Source: Blasia pusilla
Taxonomy: Eukaryota
Length of the DNA: 64,000 nt
Direction: 5' to 3'
Assembly (NCBI GenBank): GCA_050084515.1
Contig: CM114271.1
Coordinates: forward strand, 11,966,001-12,030,000
Shown here: piece after piece, positions 45,252 to 57,804 of the stretch
How positions within the stretch are numbered: the first letter of the stretch is position 1
How the letters are laid out: every line of letters starts with the position of its first letter
Program-made: the position numbers and the translations under genes
Notes under the pieces: generated by a model
Told to the model about the DNA's origin: nothing
Database searches by the model: none
What the model saw: the letters and a program-made list of their open reading frames with translations, nothing else

Positions 45252-46969
45252 GATTGGAATTTTTGTGCATATTTTGAGTAATCTTGACTCAGAAGGAGAG
45301 AATGAGAGATCAATTGTGTTATTTTTTATGCAAATTTTAGTATAGGGGAGAGGCGTACTAAAACGCTGCTTTATTTTGGATAGGATTTGGGTATGAAGGT
45401 AGAGTTCTCCATTCTTGGGCTCTTGGGCAAATTTTTCCACTCTGGGTTTGTTGGATTCCATTTGAAGAGGTAATAGTTTTTTTAAAAGAAATCGGCACGA
45501 AAGTATTGCCAATTTTTTCATAAGAGTTGAGGCTGCAAGCTGCACGAAAATTGCCACCAATTTCAAATGAAATGTTGGATGAAGGACCTAGTTTAATGAC
45601 ATTGTAGATCGAGAAGTCATGCAGATTGTCAAAGAAATGGTGCGCAATTATGACACCTAAGCACAAAATTGTGGGCAATTTTTGTGGGTTGCCATAGCCA
45701 TCGAGTGAGTGAAATTTCACTCACTCGGTGAAGTAAAATCAGGTCTTGTTAGTGAAAGGTAAGTGGAAAGGCTTTTCTTAGAGGCCTTAAGGTGAAACCA
45801 TATTTTTGGAGGATTTACCGCATGTGTGGGGGACTATGTTGGGACAAAGTTCAAGTTGGGATTGGGTTTGGAGTTTAGATCCAAATTTCCCAAGGATTGT
45901 TGGAGTAAAGTTAGAAAGAAAAATAGGTTGGGGGATGTGCGTTCCACCCAGCCCTCATGGCTATCTTGAAGGCCCTACTAACCACCATATGTCCTTGATC
46001 GTTAGCCTTGCCTTGCTTGGGAAAAATCTTGTTAGCCTTCTGTAATGGCGGACGTTGCTCTTATCGCATTTTAACTTCCACCCCATTTTACCCGGTTGTA
46101 GTTGCAACTTGATAGCCTTGTCCGGTAGGGCCCGTCCAAAACTACGACTTGACTGGTTGATTAATCCATGTCCTTTTTGTCCATTTCATTACGGCCTTTA
46201 CATGTGGGAGTAGTTTATGGACCCTCTTCAAGATTGCTCATTTTTGTCTAATCTCGTTGCACCTATCTAGGTGGCGAATAGGGACATCCTCACCTTCCAA
46301 TAGAGATATGGGCTTCCATCTATCTCGATACGCTCATGTCACGTGTCCTCCTTATTATTGCTACTTATTGCTAGATAGTATGTTTTTACTTTTGGTAGCC
46401 TGAGCACCACTTTGGGTGGCGCTTAGGCTAGCATCGATATAATTTCCTATGTGTTGCAACTTTCATGCTTTATCATTCACTCATGTTGTTCTCGTGGTTG
46501 TAAATGAAGTTGTTGGCTACTATGAAAGTTTTTTTTTCATGTCAAACAAAAACCATTTTTCCTTGTACATCATATGCATCTACATCAACATCTAGATTTC
46601 ACACGGCTACTTGCCTTTTTCCATTTCCATCTCGGATTCATGGAAGCTTGGATTCACGATTCATGATCTGTGTGTATTATCAAATTTGTACCATATATAC
46701 AAGCTTGTTATGTCTCCCTTGATGTCTCCTTGCATGTTCTCTTGAATCCGTCAAGTGAGTCTCTTTCTATGATTCTCACGCTCATTTCACACGTTTGTGT
46801 TTTATGCACTTCACGTGGAATTGTTACTTTTTTCCCCTTCTTCTCTTACTTGCTTGCTCAAGCTTAGCTAACTGATGCGGGTCCAATCAATAAGTGAGGA
46901 AATCTAGTTGTTGCTTTGTACACAAAGTCGTCGCCCTCGCATCTCATCTAATAGTGTTCAATATTTAAC

Positions 46970-47852
46970 CTCCTGCAAGTGTCTCAAGATCCTCATCATC
47001 TCCCAAAAAAACCTGCACCGAGTGTCAGCTAATCTGCTACCTCGTCCAACACTCGATTGGCCCTGACATGGCCAACCAGTAGTGACCAAATCTATGGCCC
47101 CTACCCGCTCTAAGTCCTGCGCCCTGAGCAATGAAATGTCCCTTGGTAGGAAACTCTAGAATCCATGTACGACGGACGCAGACAACAAGTCGAGAAATCG
47201 AAGGTGTTAAGTGTGCTACATGGTGAAGTGATGTGCGCCTCGCAACATCATCAATCTCAACATACAAGTAGTGTTGCACACTCACTCATGCTTGCAAAAC
47301 AACAGCTAATCCAATGTTGATCCCTCCAAAGAGATCCAAGACATGAATACCCTCCTCTGGGATGCGCCACACAATTGGTGTGGTGTCCAAGGGGGTCATA
47401 GTAGAACTCACGGCTACCTCGGGTTCCTCTAACCCGTCACGCTCTGGTGCAAACGCCCCACTCCATACCATTTGCATGTGCTTATATGCCAAGCGTCGGA
47501 GCTCCTTACTCGAGCCCCACAACGGCACCTCTCCTCCACGGAATGATGCGGCTATCATAACAAACCTCTTCCTAGAAGTATCAGGCGCGGGGATGTCCTC
47601 GGCATGGACATGCCCCTCAATCAAATCACTAAGCCATGTGATGGCGTTGCAGAATGTTGCTAATTGTCGCCATCTTTCATGGCCGTTGCTCGATCCCTCC
47701 ACCCTTGAATCGAACGGGAAATGAGCTAAGTCGCCCATCACCTGACTGCCATCATGGTCTGTAGGACACTGACTCGTCCCAATAATCCAGAGAAAATCCC
47801 ATCGGGTATAATATTGCTCCATCAACCAAGACGTCGAAAGACTTGGCATCAA
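46970..47852 (-). pseudogene. Retroelement pol fragment: protease C-terminus followed by C5 DNA methyltransferase motifs I-V
   Basis: Manual translation: FDVLVDGAILYPMGFSLDYW (retropepsin-like end, ~47780-47840); VLDLFGGI (motif I); YVEID (motif II); IDLVTTGWPCQG (motif IV, 47060-47095); RLADTRCRFF. Frameshifted. Confidence 0.8.
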
Positions 47853-49061
47853 TTAACTTTTCAAATTTTTTCAAATTTATTAATATTTATTTTTATCTAT
47901 TAGAATATTAAATAAATTATTAATTGATCAGTATTTTTTTTTTCTATTCCACTCAGATCCCTATCCATTTCTACCCCATGTAATATGGCTCAAACAACAC
48001 AATTCAAACATGTCATATTATCATTATTTTATCATATTATGTCGGTATCTTGTCGTATTATGGATACGGCCCATACGGGGTCGCCAATAGTTATATACAT
48101 TTAGAAAATATGAATTTTTTTTCCAAAATTTGATTTCATAATTTTCAAATTATTTTTAATATTTTAATGATTAAATCATTCCACTTCTTCTACTTTTAAC
48201 TTTAATATATGCCCATTGGGGAAATTTTCAAAATATAATTTTTGGATATTCATTATTTTATAAAATAATGAATAAAAAAATCCTTATATTAAGTATAAGT
48301 TCAAGATGTTCGAATATATGTAAAAAAAATTAAATATAATAAATATAATAATTAAATTTATATCAAAAAAACCTTTCAATTATTGTACCTTGCACGTTAT
48401 CCATTTCATGAACTCACTTCATGGAAAACATTCATGATTGGCTCACATTCACAAATCTCCTAAGTGAAATATTCTGAAATATTATGAAAATTTACTTACA
48501 ACAAATGAGTAGTTTCCCAACAAATATTTGGATTGAGAGGAACCTACTACTTATGTACATTAAAAAAATAAAAATATAAACTTATTCTATCTAATCTAAT
48601 TCCAAATATATGTAACACTGGTGCGGACGTCTCACAAACTCTTCCTCCTCTTCCCCTAGCTCTAGTCACGCGTGTCCCACCTCCACAAGGAATAGTCCTC
48701 TCCAACTCAACATCGGCTTCACCATCATCTTTTTCTTGTGTTGGCTCTGTCGGAAACATCTCACACTCTCTCTCCAAGAATCCAAAAAGTTCCTCCTGCA
48801 TTCGACGAGGGTAATGGTATGTTTGAGGATATCCCACTTCTGTCCTTTGATGAATATCTTGCCATAAGAAAGGTGGCAAGATCAATTGAGTCTCCTCAAA
48901 ATAAGGTCATCCACTAATGGATTTTGATGATGGTTTAGCACAAGTTGTCGAGTTGTGTTGAGGGCGTCTCGGACTTCATGTGGATTCAACCCCCGAGTGA
49001 AGAAGAATTTTTATACCTCTCAATTTTGGACATCTATGGCTTTTCTGTGGATGAGTTCCCC

Positions 49062-50700
49062 TCAATCGTACATGTTAATGAAGCAGACCAGCCACGCTAG
49101 CATTACCCGATCAATCCTCTGTTGACGAAGGATTTTTGCGTGAACCACCCTATCTATGTTCACTTTGGGGTTATAGTTCGATCGGGGGCTACGATGTTCC
49201 AAACTGAAAGTGAAATTGTCTTGCTCTTGGGTTCGCTTGTGATATGTAGGTGGTGCATTGCTATCAAGAGCACAGAAAGATATGCCAAAAAGGTGATAGA
49301 GTCTTCCTGACCAAACTTGTCTACAAGTTGGACACTTGTGAGATTGTAGCATGGCCTTTTGAAGACAATATGGATGCCAATAATAAGCTTTACATGTGTC
49401 TTTCACGCAGCAACCTTCTACAATAATGGGGTTGAAGCAAATCATGCATTAGGGCCAGTTGTTTGGCGTTAGGGCCCCTCCTTCACTTACTACGATTTCC
49501 TTCATCCAATCCGGAAGATCTTGCACTTGTGTGCTCAAATTTAGAGGTGTTCGGGCCAACATCATAGAGGCACAGTTGGTTGGCAGCGTTTGGATCTATG
49601 AGATTGTCCCATGCTACGCGTAGAGTTGGAGGCCACAACTGCTCCATAGGTTGAAATAAGATCATATCAACCTCCTTCACAAGACGAACCTCAAGTAGAG
49701 TTGTCTCGGAAGTGAGTTCTTCCACGTTACCCTTTGCTCTCCATCGCAACAATTCATCCATCTCTTATTTTTGTCTTGCCATGATGTTTTTATATGCTCT
49801 CCTCCACTGCTCTATGTGGTCAACCATTACAACTCTTAGCCTTCTATCGAGGTCATCTTTGGTAATAGATTCGTTCAAAAGCCTCTCCATCTCTCTCTTC
49901 AATCCGTTGTACTCCTCAGATAATTGTTCATACTTCCCCTTTGTCATATCTTTTAGGATAGATTAGTGAGATCTAGTAGAGTGCCTTTGTGAGTAGTGGA
50001 GGACATGCTCAGTAGGTTGAGGATGACCTGCTCAGGCCCCGGGAAACCTGAGAGAGCAGGTTTCCCCTTCGTTTCGGCTCATTTGGAGCCATATTTAGGA
50101 ACTTACTATTTTAGGTAAGTACCATTTTGAGTATATGATCGACTTTTTTTTTTTAAGTGGCCCTTGACCTCCTACATGAGGTCAAGAGCCAAGGAGGTGA
50201 CCATGGAGCATAGGTTACTATGGAGAGAGCTTGGGAGAGGGGAGGGGTATACCTCAAGAAGAGAGAGCTTGAGAGCTCATTCTCTCTTTGTTGAACCTCT
50301 TGGCATGAGGCGGCGGAGGTATGGTCTTGCTTGCCTTGTGTCCGTAATCCAAGCCTCTCATTAGGAGAGTGGGTTTGGTTTGACATTGAGAGATACATAT
50401 GAGAGTGCACACATGTGAGAACTATAGTGTTGTGAGAGAGATTTGATCTTATTTTATTGGAGATATTTTGGTACTTCTTGTCTCGTTGTTTAGATGCTAT
50501 GAGTTAGCATGGGATCATGCGTGTTTGTGTGTGTGTTCGATGACAGCGATGTGTATGCGCACGACACCTTCAAAACGTTGAATTCCGCGGCCAAATCAAA
50601 ATTGCATTGGGAATGTGTTTTTAAACTCTCCAACTGTGATAGACGAGGCATTACCTCTTGACACCAATGTTGGACTCGTCTTGGTTCTCTCCCGCTCTCG
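49062..50700 (-). pseudogene. Coiled-coil + RING-finger coding remnant interrupted by a solo LTR
   Basis: CMIC...C...HPYC...CPTC at 49310-49450. Heptad-like segment continues in frame across the insertion (AEFNVLK-GKYEQL). In-frame stops present. Confidence 0.5.
49942..50566 (+). mobile_element. Solo LTR (625 bp) with 4-bp TSD CCTT
   Basis: TGTC...GCGCACGACA flanked by cctt on both sides. Removing it restores the reading frame of the interrupted ORF. Confidence 0.8.
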
Positions 50701-52099
50701 ATGGCCCAGCCCCACTAGACATTTCCCTCAGATGAAGAAGATAAAAAAGTATTTTAAAAGAACAAGTGAAATAAATATACGGGTTAAGATAAGAAAATAC
50801 CGAAAAGATAATGACGCGAGATGCTATAAACATGGCTCAGAATGTATGGGCACATGAATGATGGAACGACCGTCTCGCTTTAGGGTTGGGCACTCAAATG
50901 GAATATATAGATATGGGCATTTCTAGATATGTTTCGTTGACGACTTCCACATCCCCAATGTGCTAAGGAGAACCAATGAAACAAATCTAAAAATTTGAGT
51001 CTATGAATCGAAAATTTCAAAATCACCAAACAAGTTCAGTAATACGAGAGATACTTGTGTTAGAGTATCGAGTAATACTCATCTAATATGGAATCAATCG
51101 GAGTTTCTTTAGGATGCAACAAGGAGCGAAAATATCCAAGTTGGTCCAAAATAAAATCCAAGTACCCCCAAAAGGCACCCAAGGGATTTTCCCAAAATTC
51201 CTAGTAACCTTGGAAGCCCTTAGTTTTCAAGGCACTGATGAAATTTGGAGCCTGATCCAAAATGTCACCCAAAAAAGGATAAAACATGAGAAAAATAGGG
51301 ATAAGTGGATTAATTAACCCCATATCCCCTTGTTTTATTCATTTTGGGGGCCAATTGCTTGCCCTTGCCTTATGGGTTTTACCCAAAAGGGGGAGGGGAG
51401 GGGAAGGGAGGATAGGGCAAAGTTTGAACTTGGCCCCTGCCAATCAAAGCCCGCCATGTGTCCCCGCGGGGTTCGCAGGAGGCGGGCTCCACGTCAGCTC
51501 TTCCGATTGGCGAGATGACAACAAGCTAGAGCGGGAGCAATGGTGGCTACGGTGGGGGCAAAAGTGAGCACGCTATGGAGCGGTGCCATGTGGCGCCATC
51601 CAATTGGCGGAGATCACGGCGGGCTCACGGGCGGACTCGCAGCCCGCCTACATTGATGCGGGCTTGCGGGGGGACTAGCGGCGGGTTGGCTCGCACTTGG
51701 AGGGGTAGGCTCCTGGGCCCACATACGGGCTATGATGTGGGCCCAACTTATTCGCGACGTGGGCTTGACAAAAAAATAGGTGTCGGGCGTGATGCGCACT
51801 GGCCGATTGAGCAAGGATGGAATGCTCGGGATGCGCGGGGCCAGATGAGGGCTGCGGGCACACCTCAAGGGCACATGGGCCTATAGAGCTCGCATCCAGG
51901 CCCGCACGGACATGTCCATCCTGGAGATGGATATACGTCCGCGGACACAGATTTTGTCCGCGTGGAACCTTGTTAGGACCTCTTGTTGCCGTGGTTGGCG
52001 AAGAAATACAGATTCAACACGCATGCCTGGTTAGCGTCTTTCTCACTGTTTTTGTTGCTTTATGGTCGAGAACCGGATTTACATGTGGTCATTTGTCGA

Positions 52100-52657
52100 G
52101 ATGCTGGTGAGGTGTTGGACCTTGATGATCTTAATACATGGATGCGAGCATATTCTTAGAGGCCTAAGTTGATTTGGAGAGTGATGCCCATGGCGTTTGA
52201 GAACTTGATGATTGCACATCATCGGGATACCTTGAGGTATGCGACTATTCAGGGAGGTGGTTTTCGACCTACTATCCGGAGGTTTCATCAGGGAGACTAT
52301 GTCTACTTGCAGCAAACAGCATACACGACGTTGGATGTGACTACAAGGCGCACTATCTTGAGAGTGCGTGAGGTTTTGCCATCAAGTTTTCTCTTATTGG
52401 AGGGACACGGTGGTATGGTTTGGAAGGACCATGTGCATAACTCTACGCCATGCCACCTTCCTAACATTGACGATACAGTTGATCTGATCTTAACATTAGT
52501 TCCTACAGGCTTGCAATGTATGTTGTGTGGTTTCGCCTATGGTGCAACTACTATGCTAGTTTGTGATGGATGTTCGAGAGGATGGCATATGGTATGTCTG
52601 ACATCACCTCTCATGAAGGTTCCCTGGGGACAATGGATGTGCCCCAAATGTACATAG
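52100..52657 (+). pseudogene. Gypsy-type integrase C-terminal region fused to a PHD finger
   Basis: MPMAFENLMIAHHRDTLRYA...FHQGDYVYL (integrase tail), then CMLC...MLVCDGCSRGWHMVCLTSPLMKVPWGQWMCPKC (C4HC3 PHD). Confidence 0.8.
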
Positions 52658-52966
52658 AGTAGATAGTGATAGATTTCAACTTGCATTTGTGACATGGATG
52701 ACAAGAAGTCGACTTACAATGGGGCCACATGAGCACCCGGCCTTTTTGCTCTTAGCGTCTTAGAGATGTATGTCATGGTAGGTAAGGATAGATGGCTATA
52801 TGGAGTTAGAAGGAGCTAATCACTAGCTAGGGGCTGATTGAAGATATTTTGATGCTTCTCGTCTCGATGTTTGGATGCCACGAGTTAGCATGGGATTGTG
52901 CGTATTTTTATGTATGTTTGGTGACAAGGATGTATGTTGTGTACTGATGTGTATACGCACGACAAT

Positions 52967-53285
52967 TGTTACATGTGTTTGGATAGATCTACGAGATCTA
53001 GTAGAGCGTATTTGGAGATACAAGAGGATAGCCTTAGGAGGTCAAGGATGACCTGTTGAGGCCATGGGTAATCTGAGAGAGTAGGTTTCCCCTTTGTTTC
53101 ACCTTATTTGGAGCCATACATATAAACTTACTATTTTGGGTAAGTTTCCATTTAGAATATAATTGTCTTTATACTTTGGGAAGTAGCCCTAGATCCACTA
53201 CAGCAGGTCAAGAGCCAAGGAGCCAAGAGGTGCAAGAATTGGCTACTGTGGAGAGAGCTTGGGAGAAGGAAGGGGATATACCTCC

Positions 53286-53358
<73 letters not shown>

Positions 53359-53450
53359 TGTTGATGGAGAGATCCACTTGATCGTTCTTGTTTGTGTGTT
53401 TGTTCAGTGATAGTGATGTATGTTGTATAGCGATGTGTGTACACATGACA
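52967..53450 (+). repeat. LTR-like family unit with (GA)n, downstream of the PHD region
   Basis: Homologous to 49942-50566. (GA)n at ~53290-53355. Confidence 0.65.
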
Positions 53451-53454
53451 TACT

Positions 53455-54330
53455 TCTTTAGCAGTTTTCTACATGGTATCACAATGATATGAGAATATCA
53501 ATTGAAATTTGTGATGCTTGAGGAGAGAAGAGAGTCAAGCGAAGGCACAATTCTAGTTTGGGAGAAGGAAATTTATTTCAATCAGAGCTCAGTGGCAGAA
53601 GATTCCAAGTGGAGCAATAACGGTGACAAAACTTTATAGACATTTTTAGGGATTTCCCAATTGATTTAGAAATTTGGGTCCGCATAGATAACAATGACAC
53701 AAAAGGTTAGAACTGATCCTGTTATAGATCTCGTCAAGAGCTTTAACGCATCCAAAATCATTTTGATTCTGACATTATGAGCTTTTGCAATAGCAATTTC
53801 AATGTAGGAAAGTGCAACTAGTGAAGGAAAGTTATGTAGTTTGCTCTCTATAAGCCAATTTTGACTAACTTTCTTACATACAATTGGTCAAATTTGGAAA
53901 ATTTCAGGTCAAATGTTTGTGGAATTGATCTCTATCTCAATTAGAATAGTGGAGAGACTAAAATTATATTTCGTGAGTAAAATGATTCATAACTGATTCC
54001 TCAGCAACAATCATAAGCAAGAAGCTAGATAAGTAAAATTATAACATATGGAAACTTCGCATGAAACAATTTCTCATTGGTCAAGAATTATGGAAGCTTG
54101 TTACAAGCAATAAGGCCAAACTAGAAGAGGACTCAACAAACTTGAATATTTGCGCTTGGAACAAACGCACAAGGTAAGTAATCCACTATAATTCAATAAG
54201 GATCAACTTGCTTAACGTAATGATTGGTCACATGGAAGATGTTGATACTCTAAAGGAGATATGGATACACTGGAAAAGCTCTAGACATCTACAAAGGCCA
54301 AAAATATTCAATTGAAAAAATAATTGAACG
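53455..54330 (+). mobile_element. Ty1/Copia 5' fragment (LTR end, PBS, gag start)
   Basis: tttagcagttttctaca followed by tggtatca (PBS). NYNIWKLRMKQFLIGQELWKLV at ~54036-54105. Confidence 0.7.
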
Positions 54331-54344
54331 AAGTGAGTAAAGGA

Positions 54345-55971
54345 TCGCAAAACATCTATGGGATAGTCGGAAGATTGGTGTGTCGCTAGACAACTCAATG
54401 CAGATTCTGGACCCTTCCGCATACCCAAATTTTGCATGCTAAATTCAAAATAGCTCCTATAACTCCTAAGGAACAAATGTATCTGGCACCGCTCTCCTCC
54501 TATCAACTTAGGGCTCATACTTGGCTCCCAAGTCTCCATTATCACTACGGTAGGACTCTCAAGTATGGGTATCGGTGGTTGCTATGGTGCGACCCTATCT
54601 CAGACAACAAGACTCGACTGCTCCCTAGAGCCAATTGCAAACTCTCATCTCCTCCAGATGTAGTATCGGGCACCACGCTCGATGTTGTGACGATCATCTC
54701 TTGGCGTACTTTCAAAACATCCCAAGAAGTCCAAGGGTGTCTCTCCCGATCATCCCTCATATTTCAATCTCCCCGGGTCTTGCCCCTAGCCATTGCCTCA
54801 ACCGTCTCGGTAGGCATGGGCTCACCAATACAACAGCTGTAACTTGTCGTAACCTTATCTGACCTTGCTCAGCAACTCTTAAGTGATGATCCATATCAAA
54901 TAGTTCAAGTTCATCGCCTGAACCAGAATATGACGTCGTGATGCCTCTGATAATGACGGTACTATCGTCACTCCTCTAGGAAATCCCATCGCCCGCTCTT
55001 GCTCATTAGCATTGGGCTCCACCAACCGTTCTACTTGATCATCCCAAACCAAGTTGGGTCCGGCCTCCTTGTGTGCATAGGAAGCAAGGAAACTCACAAA
55101 AGTAAGAAAGATTGCATATGGCATACCAATCTTGTTGACTATAGTCAATAGCGGTTGATCATCGTGTCTCACTGCCTGTGATCAATGACCCGAATCCATG
55201 ATAACATCTATCAACAAATGGGAGGGGTGCTCCACTCTCGCATAAGCCCTCTACAACATCTCGAAGTAGGACCAAGTTGTTCCACTATAAACACGGGTGA
55301 TGAGCTCCTACACTCGTTGCATCCAAGAACACTGTTGGGCAGATCCAGACATACACCTAATGTGCACTCGTCACTACACGTGACCTCGGATCGCCCAAAA
55401 TTGGTACATTCTCCAAGATGTAAGTTGGAGAACGAGACTATTGCGCATGCAAATATCGCAAGATCCTCATTATAGCCCAAAACAACCTGGATCAAAGGTC
55501 AGCTAATCCGCTACCTCGTCTATCACTCCACTGGCCCTAACATGGCCTACTAGCAATGACCAAATCAATGGTCCTAATCCGCTCTAAGTCTTGCACCCCC
55601 ACCTAAAATGTCCCTCGGTAGGAATATCTAGTACCCCTGTACGGCGGACACAGACAAGAAGTTGAGAAAATAGAGGTGTAACAGTGCCATTTGTTGCTTG
55701 ATTTGTTGAAGTAAAATGCACCTCGCAATCTCATCAATGTCAACAAATACTATTGCACGTGCACTCTCGCCTACAAAGCAACAGTCAAAATGCAACCTAG
55801 TGCTAATCTCTCCAAAGAGATCCAACATTCGAATCATCCTCAAGGATGCGCCACACAATGGGTGTGGTGTCCAAAGGTGTCAAAATAGCACTCCCGGGTA
55901 TCTCGGGTTCCTCCGACTCGTCACACTCTGGTGCAAACGTCTCACTCTACGCTGTCTATATGTGTTTATCG
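54345..55971 (-). pseudogene. Retroelement pol fragment: full C5 DNA methyltransferase domain followed by the start of RT
   Basis: MLDLFGEI (I); FVDID (II); IDLVIASRPC*G (IV); YILENV (VI, 55405-55422); DATSVGAHHPCL*WNNL (VIII); EQERAMGFP...RRHILVQAM (IX/X). Then ICIELSSDTPIFRLSHR, typical of the Gypsy RT N-terminus. Confidence 0.85.
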
Positions 55972-57220
55972 TGTAGAAAACTGCTAAAAAAGCATAATTG
56001 GTGGGATACAACTCTCACACTCATATACCACCATGGAGAATAAAATTTTGCACTAAGAGAATGAGTGGTGGCTAGTTCTCTTATCAATTATATAAGATAT
56101 GTACAAGAAATCCTAACCCCAATCATAACCATAGTCTTGAGTTAGACTAACTATGGTTAACTAACCTTAGTTAAAATAATCGCGCTTAGTTGACTAGTCA
56201 AGATTAAGCTCCCCTACTTCGTGTGTGTATCAAATATAGGGAAGCTTAATCTTGACTAGTCATCTAATCACTAGCAGTTTGAGCGTTCGATGAGCTTGAC
56301 TATAACTTAGTCTTCAATACTCCCCTTAAGCTCATATCAATATTTCTAACACCTAAATTGTTTCTTAATATCTCAAACTTTTCTCTAGACAATACCTTTG
56401 TAACGATATCAACAAGTAATTGTTGCGGCCACACCATCTCACGCTGCATTGGTTGCTCCTCAGTACTCACCCTCTGTCGAAGATAAAACAATTGTAGGTT
56501 GCTTCTTTGAAGCCTAACTTATAGATGCGCTTCGTAAGTAAATGAATGAATAACCATATGTGTAGTGTCTATCAAACATGCTTCCTGCACAATCAACATC
56601 TGTGAATCCCTCTAATGGAAACTCGGAGAAGATTCAAATTGAAGCCCGAATTAAACAGAGAAGTTCACATACTGCAACATCCTTCTCACATCATCAAGGT
56701 AAGGTTTTCAAGATGCTTGCATAAATTGGCTCACTAGGCCAATTGTGTAGCTCAAATTTGGTCTAGTTATAGTCAAATAGATCAAACTTCCAACCATGCG
56801 CCTATACATATCAGAATTTGCAAGCAACTCTCCTTCATCCACTCTTAGCTTTACACTCTGGTCCAACGGTGTAGAGATTGGCTTACAAGCCATCATACCA
56901 TATTTTTAAAGTATGTGAAGAGCTGGTTAAGTCATAAATACCTCCTCATATATATAGATCTTCACTCAAGAAGGCATTCTTGACATCCATGTGATGAAAT
57001 TTCCACTTTTTACTTATTACAACTGCAACCAGTATTCTCATAGTCATAATCTTTGCAATAGGGCTAAATATCTCCTCATAATCGATGCCATATTGTTGGG
57101 CATAACCCTTGGCTGCCAATCTGGCTTTGTATCTGTTCACTATACCATCTTGATTGCGCTTGACTTTGTAAACCTATTTACAACCAATAGCTTCCTTACC
57201 GGAAATAATATCAAACAGCT
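55972..57220 (-). mobile_element. Ty1/Copia 3' fragment (RT remnants, PPT, 3' LTR 55972-56319)
   Basis: RYKARLAAKGYAQQYGIDYEEIFSP; HMDVKNAFL; YRRMVGSLIYLTITRP; DIVTKVL; PPT aaggggag; LTR ends ...ttttctaca. Confidence 0.88.
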
Positions 57221-57726
57221 CCTAGATGCAAGAAGTGTGAATTGCTATTCTAAATTTAAGTGCACAATAATGATATGTTAGGGAATTATTTAAGTGTACT
57301 CTAGGTTCAGCACTAAACTTTACCCTTGACATTGGTCTTATATGAGTAAAATCGTTTACGTAGTACTTTATTCACATATTATTCCATATTGGCTCATTGA
57401 TTCGGCTTATTTCACTGCATGTTTGAAGATTTTGTTCCATTTTTACATATGTGATGTGTTGTTATTACTTGAGCAGCTTTGTCTACATGTTCTTGGGGTG
57501 TTCCTGCTTGAGATATAGCTCAAAATTTGCACATCAACCTTTCTAGCTATTTGTTATAAATATCAGCATTGTTACGCTACATGATCAATCCGTTGTATTA
57601 CGCATGTATATCGAATTATAGTTGTTGTTGAACCATATCCATTTGTTCAGATTTCCTACTTCACATTCACTCACTCAATTATTGTCGTTGCATGTTTGAG
57701 AGTTTTTAGCGACATATTCATGAATG

Positions 57727-57804
57727 TTCTAAATTTTAGATATCTCATAATCATAGATCTATACCTTCTCAATTTTAGATATCTCATAATCATAGATCTA
57801 TACC
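57727..57804 (+). repeat. 39-bp tandem duplication
   Basis: aattttagatatctcataatcatagatctatacc occurs twice. Confidence 0.85.

Noticed and set aside
51380-51980. GC-rich island with many short ORFs
   Set aside because: No coherent reading frame or motifs; probably part of an unclassified repeat.
46970-55971. Host DNMT gene (MET1/CMT/DRM)
   Set aside because: No introns, no BAH/chromo/UBA domains, canonical (not DRM-permuted) motif order, many stops, and flanked by protease-like and RT-like sequence.
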